A stretch of DNA of 64,000 nucleotides, taken from assembly GCF_032062105.1 (NCBI RefSeq), contig NW_026918900.1, forward strand, positions 868,001-932,000, read 5' to 3'. Made by a program: the position numbers and the translations under genes. Of the stretch, positions 1 through 11,500 are shown piece after piece; position 1 is the first letter of the stretch, and each line of letters starts with the position of its first letter. The stretch comes from Saccostrea cucullata. Its lineage: Eukaryota. The notes under the pieces were generated by a model that saw only the letters and a list, made by a program, of their open reading frames with translations, searched no databases and was not told the origin of the DNA.

Positions 1-170
1 ATTATCTTAAAGATTTTCAAACAAGATACTAAATCCTTAAAAACGGGTTTTCGTGACTGTTTTGCAAATGAAGGTGTTAATTATTTTTATATAATCAGAA
101 AAAGGTATATAAAGCGTCTTATAAAAATCAAAACTTCACTTCCCTCCGTCAAGTTCGACTCTCTGCCATT

Positions 171-3100
171 ATGAAGGTAAGCTTTTACATTAGTATCTTA
201 TTTAAGTTTTGTTAATTTTTTAATCTTTCTTTTAAACAGTAATGGCAGTAAGTTCCTTCATTTGGTTTTGTATAAAAATTTCAAAGGAAGTGTTGAGGAA
301 GTGTTGTTTTGTCCTCTTTAGAGTTTTAATTGTATTTGCTTCACATCCTCTCTGCTTCTCTTATTCGAGTATGAATACAGTCAAGATTTATTTCAAGTTT
401 TCGGTGTAATCAGTTTATCTGTTCCCTTTCAGAAATAAACATTATTGTCTCTATTTTTTTTCTTCAGATTAATTCCAAGTTTTGTTCAAATTCATTATCA
501 ATCCTATAAATAGTGTTAGTTTTTATTGCAGTGCGTTTGGTTACTTGTCGCAACAGTATTCTTTGTTATCTGTTTATCCGGGGCTTCTGGTGAAAAGACG
601 TGCGATGTTATAAAGTTTGGTAGAGGGGAATTTGACAAGAAAAAAGAATGCTGGAAGAAGGAACCTACAACGCCTCATTTGGAGGTTACATCTAGCCCTC
701 AATCTTTAAACATCAGGTCAGAATTTACCTTGTATTCAGTAATCCTTAACATCAATTACCATCTAGGCCTCAGTCTTTGAAAACTAGGTCAAAATTTACC
801 TTGTATTCAGTAATCTTGAACAATTAGAGGCAACATATCAAGGCAGCATCTAGGTCGCAAACTTTGAAAATCAGGTCAGAATTTACCATGTTAATCTTTA
901 ACATTCAGTGATCATTTAACATCATCATATTCAAATATTGCATGCTTGAAATGGAAGTGCAAACATTTTATCACAAATGAATATGTTGGTATGAAAAAAG
1001 ATCCCGTATCTATGAAGTTTTAAAAAAGTTGATTAATGATATCGATAATATGTACTGAAAGTCAGTAGTCATCTGATATATGATAGCAAATATTTTCTGC
1101 TCAGAAAATCAATCAAACTGATTTTTGAAGTATTTTATGGTAAAATAAACTTCGCCTTCTAATTCGATAAACTTCTACATTTATATCCGTGAATTTAATA
1201 ACTTTATTTCCTTTTAAATCTTCCCTTACCTTTATAAACAGATAAAATAAAAAAAAATCCGTAGAAAGAGAATCGGCAAACACCTTAATGTCTAATAAAA
1301 AAAACGTGCCCTTGTCTGATATTTGGTCTGAAATAGTCTTGTCTTTTAAGTTTCTTTAAAATACATGTAATATTGCCTTAAACAAATTTTTGACCCTTTT
1401 ATCTTTCCTTTAAGATGGTCCGATTCCCAGGTCTTAAAAATCATGGCTTGGATGATTGAATGTACTCACAAAAGTGAGAGTTTGAATTATAAAAATACTG
1501 TATATATACACATGTAAATTTTTTTTAAAGTTCTTCATCAATTTTAATTATATTGTATAGGGGAAAATATTTAAGATCTGAAATATATTTTTGAGAAATG
1601 CATTTAAGTACCGACTACAGTAAAACCTTTGATAAAAATTGCTATATCCTTTTAATCGGTAAAAGTGTATTAGGTAACATCTTTTTAGTATTCAAATGGT
1701 AAAAATACAAAACATACCGTCACTTACTGATGTTTTGTAAAATGAATTTCATTTTACTTTCTAAAAATAAAGTATCATATATAAGATTTTTAAAAACACA
1801 GACTCAAAATCAGTCACTTTTAATATCATATAATGTTACTTCGCTATAAACATTGGTAGACCTTTGATCGGTACGTTAGGTCATCTTTTTACTTCAAATG
1901 GTAAAAATGTAAGTAAAATGCTAAGATAACACAGATAATACAATAATGCAATAAATTTTATTTCTATAAAATGCAGCTATTTATGTTCATAAAGAGGTTT
2001 TCCAAAGGCCCCTGAAACATACTGAGATACATGTACATAAATTGAAAATTGTTGCCTGAAAAATATTGAATTTTCAGCTTAATTTTGAGCTTTTTTAGAT
2101 TTGATATAAATAATAAGAGTTATCTTCCTGGATGAGGAGCGGATATTCTTTAGGTCAGTCGACACGCTCCTTAAAAACATATAATTTTAAAGATTTTTAT
2201 TTGATGAATGGGTACTTAAACAAGATTCTTCACAGAAAATTAGGCTACCTTTCCAGGCATTTGGACATGAAACCACAGGGTCATATTTCTGATAAAACCC
2301 TTATGTATATATTGTAATCTTCTGAATGTCCTGTATCACCATTTTTGGTGTACTTATATCTAAATGTCGAAATCAGAATAGGTTGACAAATATGAATACT
2401 GTTTATATAAAACCAAGAGATACAAAATCAGAAGAGTTTGACAAATATGAATACTGTTTATATAATACCAAGAGATTCAAAAATCAGGAGAGTTTGACAA
2501 ATATGAATTCTGTTTATATAATACCAAGAGATACAAAACATGTATTAAAAACGTGTCATCTGACATTAAATACAAAACATTGTCTTCATTAAAGGTTTAG
2601 ATATCATGTTGACAGTGTGTGTTACTTAAAGATCACAGGGTATTTAAGGGTAGTTAACAATTACATTCTAACACAGTAAGCCAAAACTAAGCCACTGTAA
2701 AGAAATTTGAAAGCAATATTCTAGTCATATCGTGTTTGAATGCAACCTCAATATATCATGATTGATTATTATTCATATCGAAATTAAAATTATATTTTAG
2801 GAGAAAAATTCAGCGTGCGCTCAAGTGCAGACTGGGAATACAGAAGTTTCTTGCTCAGAAATCGGATTGTGTGTATATTGTAAATTGTTTAATTCCACGG
2901 TGTTAAAAAGATATCTCAAAAAGTATATATTGTGCGAGAAATTATTTTTCTATAGCAATTTAACATAATTTCTAACATTACATGGATTAAATTTCACGGA
3001 AAATTAATGTGCACCATAGCGAAATTTCAATCTACAGTATTATTTATTTTTCGTTAATATTCTAATACATGACTGTGCGCCTTACTTTTTAATTTGAAAC

Positions 3101-3503
3101 AACATTTTTTTTTTCAGCAAATATACAGATATTGGGCTGAAAAACGTTTGTCCAATCAAATTCGAGTATGCAACAGAGATTAAGAGAGGAAGAAAAAGAT
3201 GTTATGTTGTGTATCCTACCCGTCAATGTGTAACATTCGCAAAGTGCCAGACAAAAAAGTAAGAAGCTGTTAAAGTATCATTTTTACTGTTTTTCCCTTG
3301 TCTTTATATTACAAATGCAGGCTATGTTTATACTTAACAGGAATTGCTCGAAGACAGCGAAAAGGGGCGTAAAAAGTGCTTGTTTGGCTGACCGATTCCG
3401 TTACTTCAACGTTTGGATATTCTGTCCGGACAACCATAGTTTTGAATATGAAACCGTGCTGTTACCTCAATGCTGTTCTTGCAGAGAATACAAGCGCTGT
3501 TAA
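171..3503 (+). CDS. Secreted Spaetzle-like cystine-knot protein, copy A (~188 aa); exons 171-176, 532-716, 2801-2872, 3118-3258, 3341-3503
   Basis: GT-AG exons join in phase (0,2,2,2). Translation: MKCVWLLVATVFFVICLSGASG (signal peptide) EKTCD...NIRRKIQRALKCRLGIQKFLAQKSDCVKYTDIGLKNVCPIKFEYATEIKRGRKRCYVVYPTRQCVTFAKCQTKKNCSKTAKRGVKSACLADRFRYFNVWIFCPDNHSFEYETVLLPQCCSCREYKRC*. The Q-x-V-x3-C-x5-C...C...PxCCxC spacing resembles the Spaetzle cystine knot. TATA-like motif ~120 and AATAAA at 3631. Exons are conserved in the paralog. Confidence 0.8.
700..900 (+). repeat. Degenerate tandem repeat (~70-85 bp) containing the exon-2 donor motif ATCAG/GTCAGAATTTACC
   Basis: Motif at ~712, ~782 and ~870. 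The paralog has five to six copies at 11660-11960. Confidence 0.75.
2380..2540 (+). repeat. Intronic ~55-bp tandem triplication
   Basis: TTGACAAATATGAATACTGTTTATATAA.ACCAAGAGAT occurs 3 times. The paralogous arm has a single copy (~10280-10330). Confidence 0.8.
2876..3039. mobile_element. Small MITE (TA-CTGT...ACAG-TA type) in intron 3 of copy A
   Basis: Imperfect ends TATTGTAAATT / AATCTACAGTA. Absent from the paralog intron (~9920). Similar ends at 62171-62377. Confidence 0.65.
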
Positions 3504-3630
3504 CAAGCCATAAACGAAACAGCATGGAATACAACTGTTCTAAGGCTGAAAATGTGTAACTCTCTAGAGTTTCTACAATAGCTGAGCCTTTAACATGTTG
3601 CAGGATTTTCTTTTGCTGTTAAATTACATC

Positions 3631-3636
3631 AATAAA
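3631..3636 (+). promoter_or_regulatory. Polyadenylation signal of copy A
   Basis: AATAAA ~130 nt after the stop codon, conserved in copy B (9328-9333). Confidence 0.6.
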
Positions 3637-3719
3637 AGCATTGATGCTATGTTAAAGTTTTTTATTCATTAAATATAATGGGATGACGAACAATATTCAA
3701 GCTCAAAAGTCCATTAAAA

Positions 3720-4075
3720 GATACAAATTTTGAAGCATTCCAAACACTGACCTCTAAAATATCAGTTGGGATCGGGTGCCATGTAGAAGTGAGCATCCCC
3801 TGCCTACAGGAAATAAGGGAAAATCAGTCGGCAATTCACTGAATAAATAATGGTCTAAAAATTATTTTGAAAAATGTCAATCTACATAAGAATTAATGAG
3901 AGATTGTATTTTCTGAAAAGGTCATGAATCGAGTATAGAAATTACGAAATCACTAAACGATACTGCATGTTTTATAAACTTGTTTTCCAATAAATAACCT
4001 TGTTTTAGAAATTGTTCATACATAGAGCATGCTCAGGCAAATCGAATCAACTAAGAGATATAATACTCATATCAC
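3720..4075 (-). mobile_element. Degenerate 3' fragment of Naiad-like Penelope element (mirror copy 8865-9230 +)
   Basis: Decayed ...IRxARACSTYEQFL...FY.R. coding remnant followed by the family 3' motif GGGGATGCTCACT.CT.CATGGCACC.GATCC. Confidence 0.65.
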
Positions 4076-4303
4076 TGAATATCCAATTAAAGTCTCAATT
4101 TGCATTAAATAATGAACCGTGTTTTAAGTAACATAACATTTCAAATAAATTTTATTTCTGCCAGTCATATGAAACATTGTTGGTTGTAGATAAAAATACA
4201 ACAATTGTGTATTGTAACTTGAACGATTGTCTATCAGGAGAAAATTGCATTTTTTGCAAAAATCAATATTACGTTACTGTCGCTGATCATCGTATAGTTT
4301 TTA

Positions 4304-4712
4304 TTAGCTCACCTGAGCCGAAGGCCAAAATTGCTGACCCAAGTTTTACATAGGAATATATAGGAAAAATCTTTATAAATCTTCTTCTCCAGAACCACTG
4401 GGCCAGGAAAGATGAAACTCATGTGGAATCATCCCCAGGTAGTGCAGATTCAAGTTTGTTCAAATCATGACCCCCGGGGCTAGGGTGGGGCCAAAATGGC
4501 CAACCCAAGTTTTACATAGGGATATATAGGGAAACCTTTTAAAATATTCTTTTCAAGTACTTCAAAGCTATGATTAGTGATATTTATATGGAATCATCCT
4601 CAGGTAGTGTAGATTCCAGTTTGTTCAAATGATGAATGCCTGGAAGGGGGGGGGGGAGTAAATTCAAGCCTGATGTGCTCAGGTGAGCGCTGTGTCCCCT
4701 GGGCCTCTTGTT
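4304..4712 (+). mobile_element. Non-autonomous Helentron/Helitron-like element with satellite-like subunits
   Basis: Ends TTAGCTCACCTGAGCCGAAGG ... TCAGGTGAGCG...GGGCCTCTTGTT. Inserted in a T-run. The empty site is visible in the paralogous arm (~8620-8630). Confidence 0.85.
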
Positions 4713-5590
4713 TTAAACCGAAAAGAAGCTTGAAATCATATACAGATCTATTTCTTAGTAAGATTGTCCTATACTTGAACTATATTATCTGAAAATCATA
4801 CCCTCCACATATAAGCGTGTCAAAATTTTTTTTAAATTCGTAATATATTTACCAAATTTTGATGTCTTCGCAAAACACTTTTTATTTGCAACTTGAAAGG
4901 ACTTAAAAGTTTGCTGAATGACTCAATATAGGTCTTTCTACTAATTTTTCAAGTTGCACATATGGAAAAAACATTTCAGATATTGATTTATAGCTATATT
5001 AAATGATCCAAAAGGATAATAACTTATGCATACCTTTAATTAAATCATTACAAAGGTTAATTATTTGTAGTTGACTACTTCGATGTTGTGTTTTAAGGAC
5101 AGGTAACTCAGGTGTGTAAAATGACCAACAAAGTGCCGATTTATGAGTTTTCGTTTATGGGAGTGACATATAGGCTGCTTCAGCATTGGTATTGTTAAGT
5201 ACACAAAAGGGTAACCGGTTCCTTACATTGTTTTGTACACAAAAGTGTTGACCAAAAGAAGGAAAATGTCTTCACTCTATCTGAAATAACAGGGTCAAAT
5301 GAATGGGGAACAGACTATATTCAACATTTTAAACTCCCTTTGACGATTGTTATGAAGAAGAAAATATAATGTCATGTTTTTTGTGTGCCCACTTTTGCGC
5401 TTCCTATATAAACATATATATTTTTACAAATAAATGAAACAATTAATTATCTTATTTGTGTTACTAAGCACGAAGAAGAACGAATGAGCATAAAAATTAA
5501 ATTAGGTTAGAACTAAGAAGGAGACTAGACTTTACTATTTATTTTAATGAATAATTTTACTTATATGTAATTAAACGGTGTCCTCAACTA

Positions 5591-7640
5591 TATAACTCAT
5601 TCTTCAGTACTGAGTTCAGATGTGTGACCAAAGGGTTATTTTTTAAAAATAATCAATTTCATAATTTATGTATATTAATTAAGTCAGTACCCTTCCTGCT
5701 TCTGAAAAAAATTGAAGGGAAGATAATCTGAAGTCTTAAAGAGGAGATAGGTGTCCAAATGTACATGCATGTCTGAAATATATACTTGGTGTCCACAGTG
5801 ACTGTTTTTTAGAACAATAATATTCTTTTCTGGTGAATTCTTTTTGAAGTATATAAGCTAGTTTGCATGTTTTATTGCATGACTTATTTCTGCCTTATTC
5901 CATTACAATTAGAAAATATATCCAAGACTACCAATGGACACAGTTACTTACATAAGCACTAAACAAGTAACATGTTACTAGAATTTATCAAGTTGTTAAA
6001 ATATGAAAATAATGTAATCAATAAGGTATGATGAAATCATGTTTAATATTATATTAAATGGAACTTATTTAAAAAGTCACAATTTTTATTTCTAGTTTCA
6101 AAAAAGGAGAAATTATGTAAGTAACATGGACACCTAACTTCAGGCTTTAAAAAGGAACAAAAAAATAGAAGACAATCGAAATCTTTAATACTTTAAATAT
6201 TTCATTTCAAAGCTTAATAATAGACAAGCTTTCAAAGAGAATTAATGCAGACAAGTAAATTGTCAGATGAATAATAAATAAAGGTCTTCTATTTTGAGTC
6301 TTGGATCTTTGTGTCATTGTTACGAACATAATTCAGTCATTTCTTGTAAATCTGAAAGAAAAAAATATATATAAAACAAAATACAACATGATGTAATCAA
6401 CACATATGCTGTTTAATTATTTATTTATTATATATCCTTGATAAAACCAGAAACAAGGCAATTAAAGTACAAATTATGTCACTACTTCAAGTTTTCGTGT
6501 CTCTGTCACGAACGTAATTGCGTAAATGATATGACAATATTAAAACAAATATTCAATAAGTATTCATCCTTTGATAAAAAACAAAACTAACAAATATAGA
6601 ATAAAATATAGTACAATATAACTTTATCATTTATAGATTATACAAATAATGCAAAAACACTTATGTTCGTAACAAAAGACGCGAATCAAAAGTCAAATGT
6701 TAAAAAAGGTCGGACAGATTTATGCATTTTGTATGGTCATAAGAGACATATTTCAGTTTCTGATTAATAGCTACATGGTATAAAAATACAATGACTGTAT
6801 TTATGTGTTAAACATTCACTAAAATTGATACAATATGAAAATACTTACCGAATCTATTATGTTCGTAACTTCTTTTTTCCACATGGACACAATGAGCATC
6901 GCCATGATTTTTAGCAGACAGCTGCGCAACCTTTCTACTTTCGTTTTTAATTTATAATTACTCCACTGCTACAGACTCTCTGAGCCAAACTTATGATTCA
7001 TTGGCTGTTATTTTAGCAATCATACTGAAAGCTATTATGTTCATAACGGTCAAGACACCAAACATTTTACAATCAGAGATCATTTGAAAATTACAAAAGT
7101 AACTGAGTTATGTTCATGAAGCATATTGTTAAAAATAATTTATCACACATACTCATTAATTAAACACAGAAACTGAACTTGACAAATTATTTAATGTTTG
7201 TAGAGAGGTACGTGTTAAAAAGTTCAGTGCATATGGACACCATGCGTTACGAACATAAACCACAATTTTTAAGTTCAGAAAAAAATAATTAAGATAATTT
7301 TAGCATGTTTGACAAAATAAATATATTATTTCATTTATATGCTAAGATAATGTACACAAATATCTTGCCAAATGATTTTATTTTTAAATAAAACAACATC
7401 TTTATGCCTATTCGAAAATTATGTCACATTTTCTGCATCTGAAATCCCCTAAATGCAATACAAAATGATCAATATTTTTTTTATTCCTCAACTCATATCC
7501 ATAAAACTATTTATACTATATCCTTACACAAGTATCAAATATATCAATATCAATCTATCTGCTAACATTTTATTTATTGGAAAATAAAGGAGAAAAGAAA
7601 TACATTTTAAAAATTCACCAGTATTGAAGAATGAGTTATA
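5591..7640. mobile_element. ~2.05 kb non-autonomous TIR DNA transposon in the duplication spacer
   Basis: TIRs TATAACTCATTCTTCAGTACTG / CAGTATTGAAGAATGAGTTATA. Internal motif TTATGTTCGTAAC recurs in both orientations (~6319, 6661, 6857, 7036, 7247). Confidence 0.8.
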
Positions 7641-8504
7641 TAGTAAATAAGTTTAACATTAGTGCTAAAATTTAAAACCACTGGATTCTATTGAAAGCAA
7701 AGAAACACTTAAGAAATGCTAAAAACTAAATTGTGTATAAACAGTTCGATACCTCGGACCTACTCTAAACAAGTTTTAGCAACGAGTTATCGTTCATAAC
7801 AGCGGACCCTAGCGGCAGTTGAAATGCCTACTCAATAGGATTAAGTTGTAATTTTTTAACATCAAAAACATTTCTCCAGTTATATGGATTTGTAAAAAAG
7901 ACACTGTCTATCTGTATTTATAATTTATAGGCCCCCTTTTCATTGAAGTTCAACGATTAAAAATTCATCGATATTTATGTATTAGTATTTATTCACAAAA
8001 TAAGAGAAGAAGACTGTTTCCCGTGTATCAAATTGCCTTACACTCAAGCACTAGTATATGCCTTTAATTAACAGTGGAATAGTTCAACAAGATTAAACGA
8101 TACGATACAGCTCAGAAAAATATTTACGTTACCATGTTTTAAAGTAAATAAGAATTAAATTCGAAAGCTGATTGAACAGATTTGCGAGTGAATCTTTACT
8201 ATGCAATAACTGGCAACATGCAGAAATTCATTGCAATTGTTTCTTACAATTGTACTTTTTCCTGTAACATAAAAGCCGTGGTGCAAATGGATTGTGCATG
8301 CAAAGGTGTCTGAACATTTTTCTTACTCAATATCTTTTGCATCCTTGTGATTTGAAAATTGAATTGACAAAAAAAAATTCAAAATAAATCGTGGTTTAAT
8401 GATCAATGATTCCATTTTGAGCAATCGGTTAATATTGCACAGTTTAAAGTGCAGTGATTTAACGTTAACATTCGTAACGTATATCCGAAACAAAATTGTT
8501 TTGT

Positions 8505-11500
8505 GACATTTGTGACACGCATATATGAGGAGGCTATGATATTCAGATAATATAGTTCTAGTGTTGCATAATCTAACGAAGAAATTAATCTGTATATGAT
8601 TTAAAGCTTCTTTTCGGTTTAAAATAAAAACTACACGATGATCGGCGACAGTAACGTAAAATTAAATTATTTAATATTGATTTGTGCTATAAAATGCGAT
8701 TTTCTCCTTATAGACAAACAATTGTTGTATTTTAATCTACATCCAACATTGTTTCATATGACTGGCAGAAAATAAAATCTATTTGAAATGTTACTAGTAT
8801 GTTACTTAAAACACGGTTCATTATTAAAAGCGAATTGAGACTGGACTTTGAGAATCAGTGATACGAGTATTATATCATTTAACGGATTCGATGCGCCAGA
8901 GCATGCTCTACGTATGAACAATTTCTAAAACAATGTTATTTATTGAAAAACAAGGTTATAAAACATGCAGTTTCGTTTAGTAATTTGTAATTTCTATAGT
9001 CGATACAGTGCCCATTTCAGAAAATACAATATTTCATTAAGTCAAATATTGATTGACGTTTTTCAAACAAATTCTTGGACCATTATTCATTTACTGAATT
9101 GCCTACGGATTTTCCCTTATTTCCTGGTTTTGATACGGAGGTGTGACCGGTAGGAAGGGGATGCTCACTTCTACATGGCATCCGATCCTGACTGATATTG
9201 TAGAGGTCCGTGTTTGCTATGCTCCAAAATTTGTATCTTAAGCTTTTAATTAACTTTTGAGCTTGAATATTGTTCGTCATCCCATTATATTAAATGAATA
9301 AAAAAACTCCAGCATAGCATCAATGCTTTTATTGATGTAATTTAACAGCAAAAGAAAATCCTGCAACATGTTAAAGGCTCAGCTATTGTAGAAACTTTAG
9401 AGAGTTACACATTTTCAGCCTTAGAACAACTGTATTCCATGCTGTTTCGTTTATGGCTTGTTAACAGCGCTTGTATTCTCTGCAGGAACAGCACTGAGGT
9501 AACAGCACGGTTTCATATTCAAAACTATGGTTGTCCGGACAGAATATCCAAACGTTGAAGTAACGGAATCGGTCAGCCAAACAAGCACTTTTCACGCTGC
9601 GTTGTGTTGTCTTCGAGCAATTCCTGTTAAGTATAAACATAGCCTGCATTTGTAATATAAAGACAAGGGAAAAAACAGTAAAAATGATACTTTAACAGCT
9701 TCTTACTTTTTTGTCTGGCACTTTGCGAATGTTACACATTGACGGGTAGGATACACAACATAACATCTTTTTCTTCCTCTCTTAATCTCTGTTGCATACT
9801 CGAATTTGATTGGACAAACGTTTTTCAGCCCAATATTTGTATATTTGCTGAAAAAAAATGTTGTTTCAAATTAAAAAGTAAGGCACACAGTCATGTATTA
9901 GAATATTAGCGAAAAATAAATAATATATACCTTGGATCACAATCAGACGATTTCTGAGCAAGAAACTTCTGTATTCCCAGTCTGCACTTGAGCGCACGCT
10001 GAATTTTTCTCCTAAAATATAATTTTAATTTCCATTTGAATAATAAACAATCATGACATATTAAGGTTGCATTCGAACACGATATGACGAAATCATTGCA
10101 TACAAATTCTTTTACAGTGGCTTAGTTTTGGCTTACTGTGTTAGAATGTAATTGTTAACTACCCTTAAATACCCTGACAGTGTAATCTTTTAAGCAACAT
10201 ACACTGTCGACATGATTCTCTAAGCCTTCAATGAAGAGAATGTTTTGTATTTAAGGTCAGGCGACACGTTCTCGAATATCTGTTTTGTATCTCTTGGTAT
10301 TATATAAACAGTATTCATATTTGTCAAACGCTTGTGATTTCGACATTTAAATATAAGTGCACCAAAACTGGTGATATAGGACATTCAGAAGATTACAATA
10401 TACACATAAGGGTTTTATAAGAAATATGACCCTGTGGTTTCATGTCGAATTGCCTGGAAAGGTAACCTAATTTTCTGTGAGGAATCTTGCTTAAGTATCT
10501 ATTCATCAAATGAAAATCTTAAAAATTATATATTTTTGAGGAACGTGTCGATTGACCTTAAGAATATCCGCTCCTTATCCAGGAAGGATAACTCTTATTA
10601 TTAATATCAAATCTAAAAAAGCTCAAAATTAAGCTGAAATTGAATATTTTTCGTAGAACAATTTTCATTTTATATACATGTATCTCAGTATGTTTCAAGG
10701 GCATTTGGAAAACCGTTTGATGTACATAAAAAGCTGCATTTTATAGAAATAACATTTCCTGTTATCTAGCCTTATATTTCGATACGATGTTCCAATGTTT
10801 ATTAGCATTATATGATATTAAAATTGACCTGTGTTATCTTACAATGATAGAACATGCATTTTAAACTACTAGTATCTAATTCTTAACATTTGGAGTAAAA
10901 AGATGACATAACGTACCGATTAAAAGATGCAATTTTTATCAAAGGTCTAGTCGGTACTTAATTTTGCATTTCCCAAAAATATATTTAAGGTTTTAAATAC
11001 TTTCTCCTATAAAATATGATTACTTTTAATGAAGAAATTTGAAAAAATAACATGGGTATATATAAACACTATTTTCACAATTCAAATTCTCACTCTTGTG
11101 AGTACGTTCAATCATCCAAACCCTGATTTTTAAGTCCTGAGAATCGGACCTTCTCAAAGGCAAAATAAAAAGGACAAAAATATTAAAAATATTTAAAAGA
11201 AACTTAAAAGACAAAACTTTTTGAGACTCAAATATCAGGCAAGTGCACGTTTTTTTTTAATTAGACATCAAGGTGTTTGCCGATTCTTTTTCTGTGAAAA
11301 TTATTTTTTTTTATCTACTTATAAAAGTAATGGAAGATTTAAAAGGAAATAAAGTTATTATATTCATGGATATAAAATTAATGTAGAAGTTCATTGAATT
11401 AGAAGTCGAAGTTTATTTTACCATAAAAATACTTCAAAAGTCAGTTTGATTGATTTTTTGAAAAGAAAATATTTAGTATCATATATCAAATGACTACTAA

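Larger units (their letters stand above)
1..4825 (+). repeat. Left arm of large inverted segmental duplication (continues beyond window start)
   Basis: Position 1 matches the reverse complement at ~12760. Collinear homology continues to ~4825, which matches ~8505. Confidence 0.92.

Noticed and set aside
526-780. 84-aa ORF as a stand-alone gene, and the 62-aa ORFs at 3315 and 9461
   Set aside because: These are exons read into flanking intron sequence. Their starts lie in acceptor regions.
1415-1473. Possible extra exon in intron 2 of the Spaetzle-like gene
   Set aside because: It diverges nonsynonymously between copies, unlike the true exons, and its phase would break the frame into exon 3.
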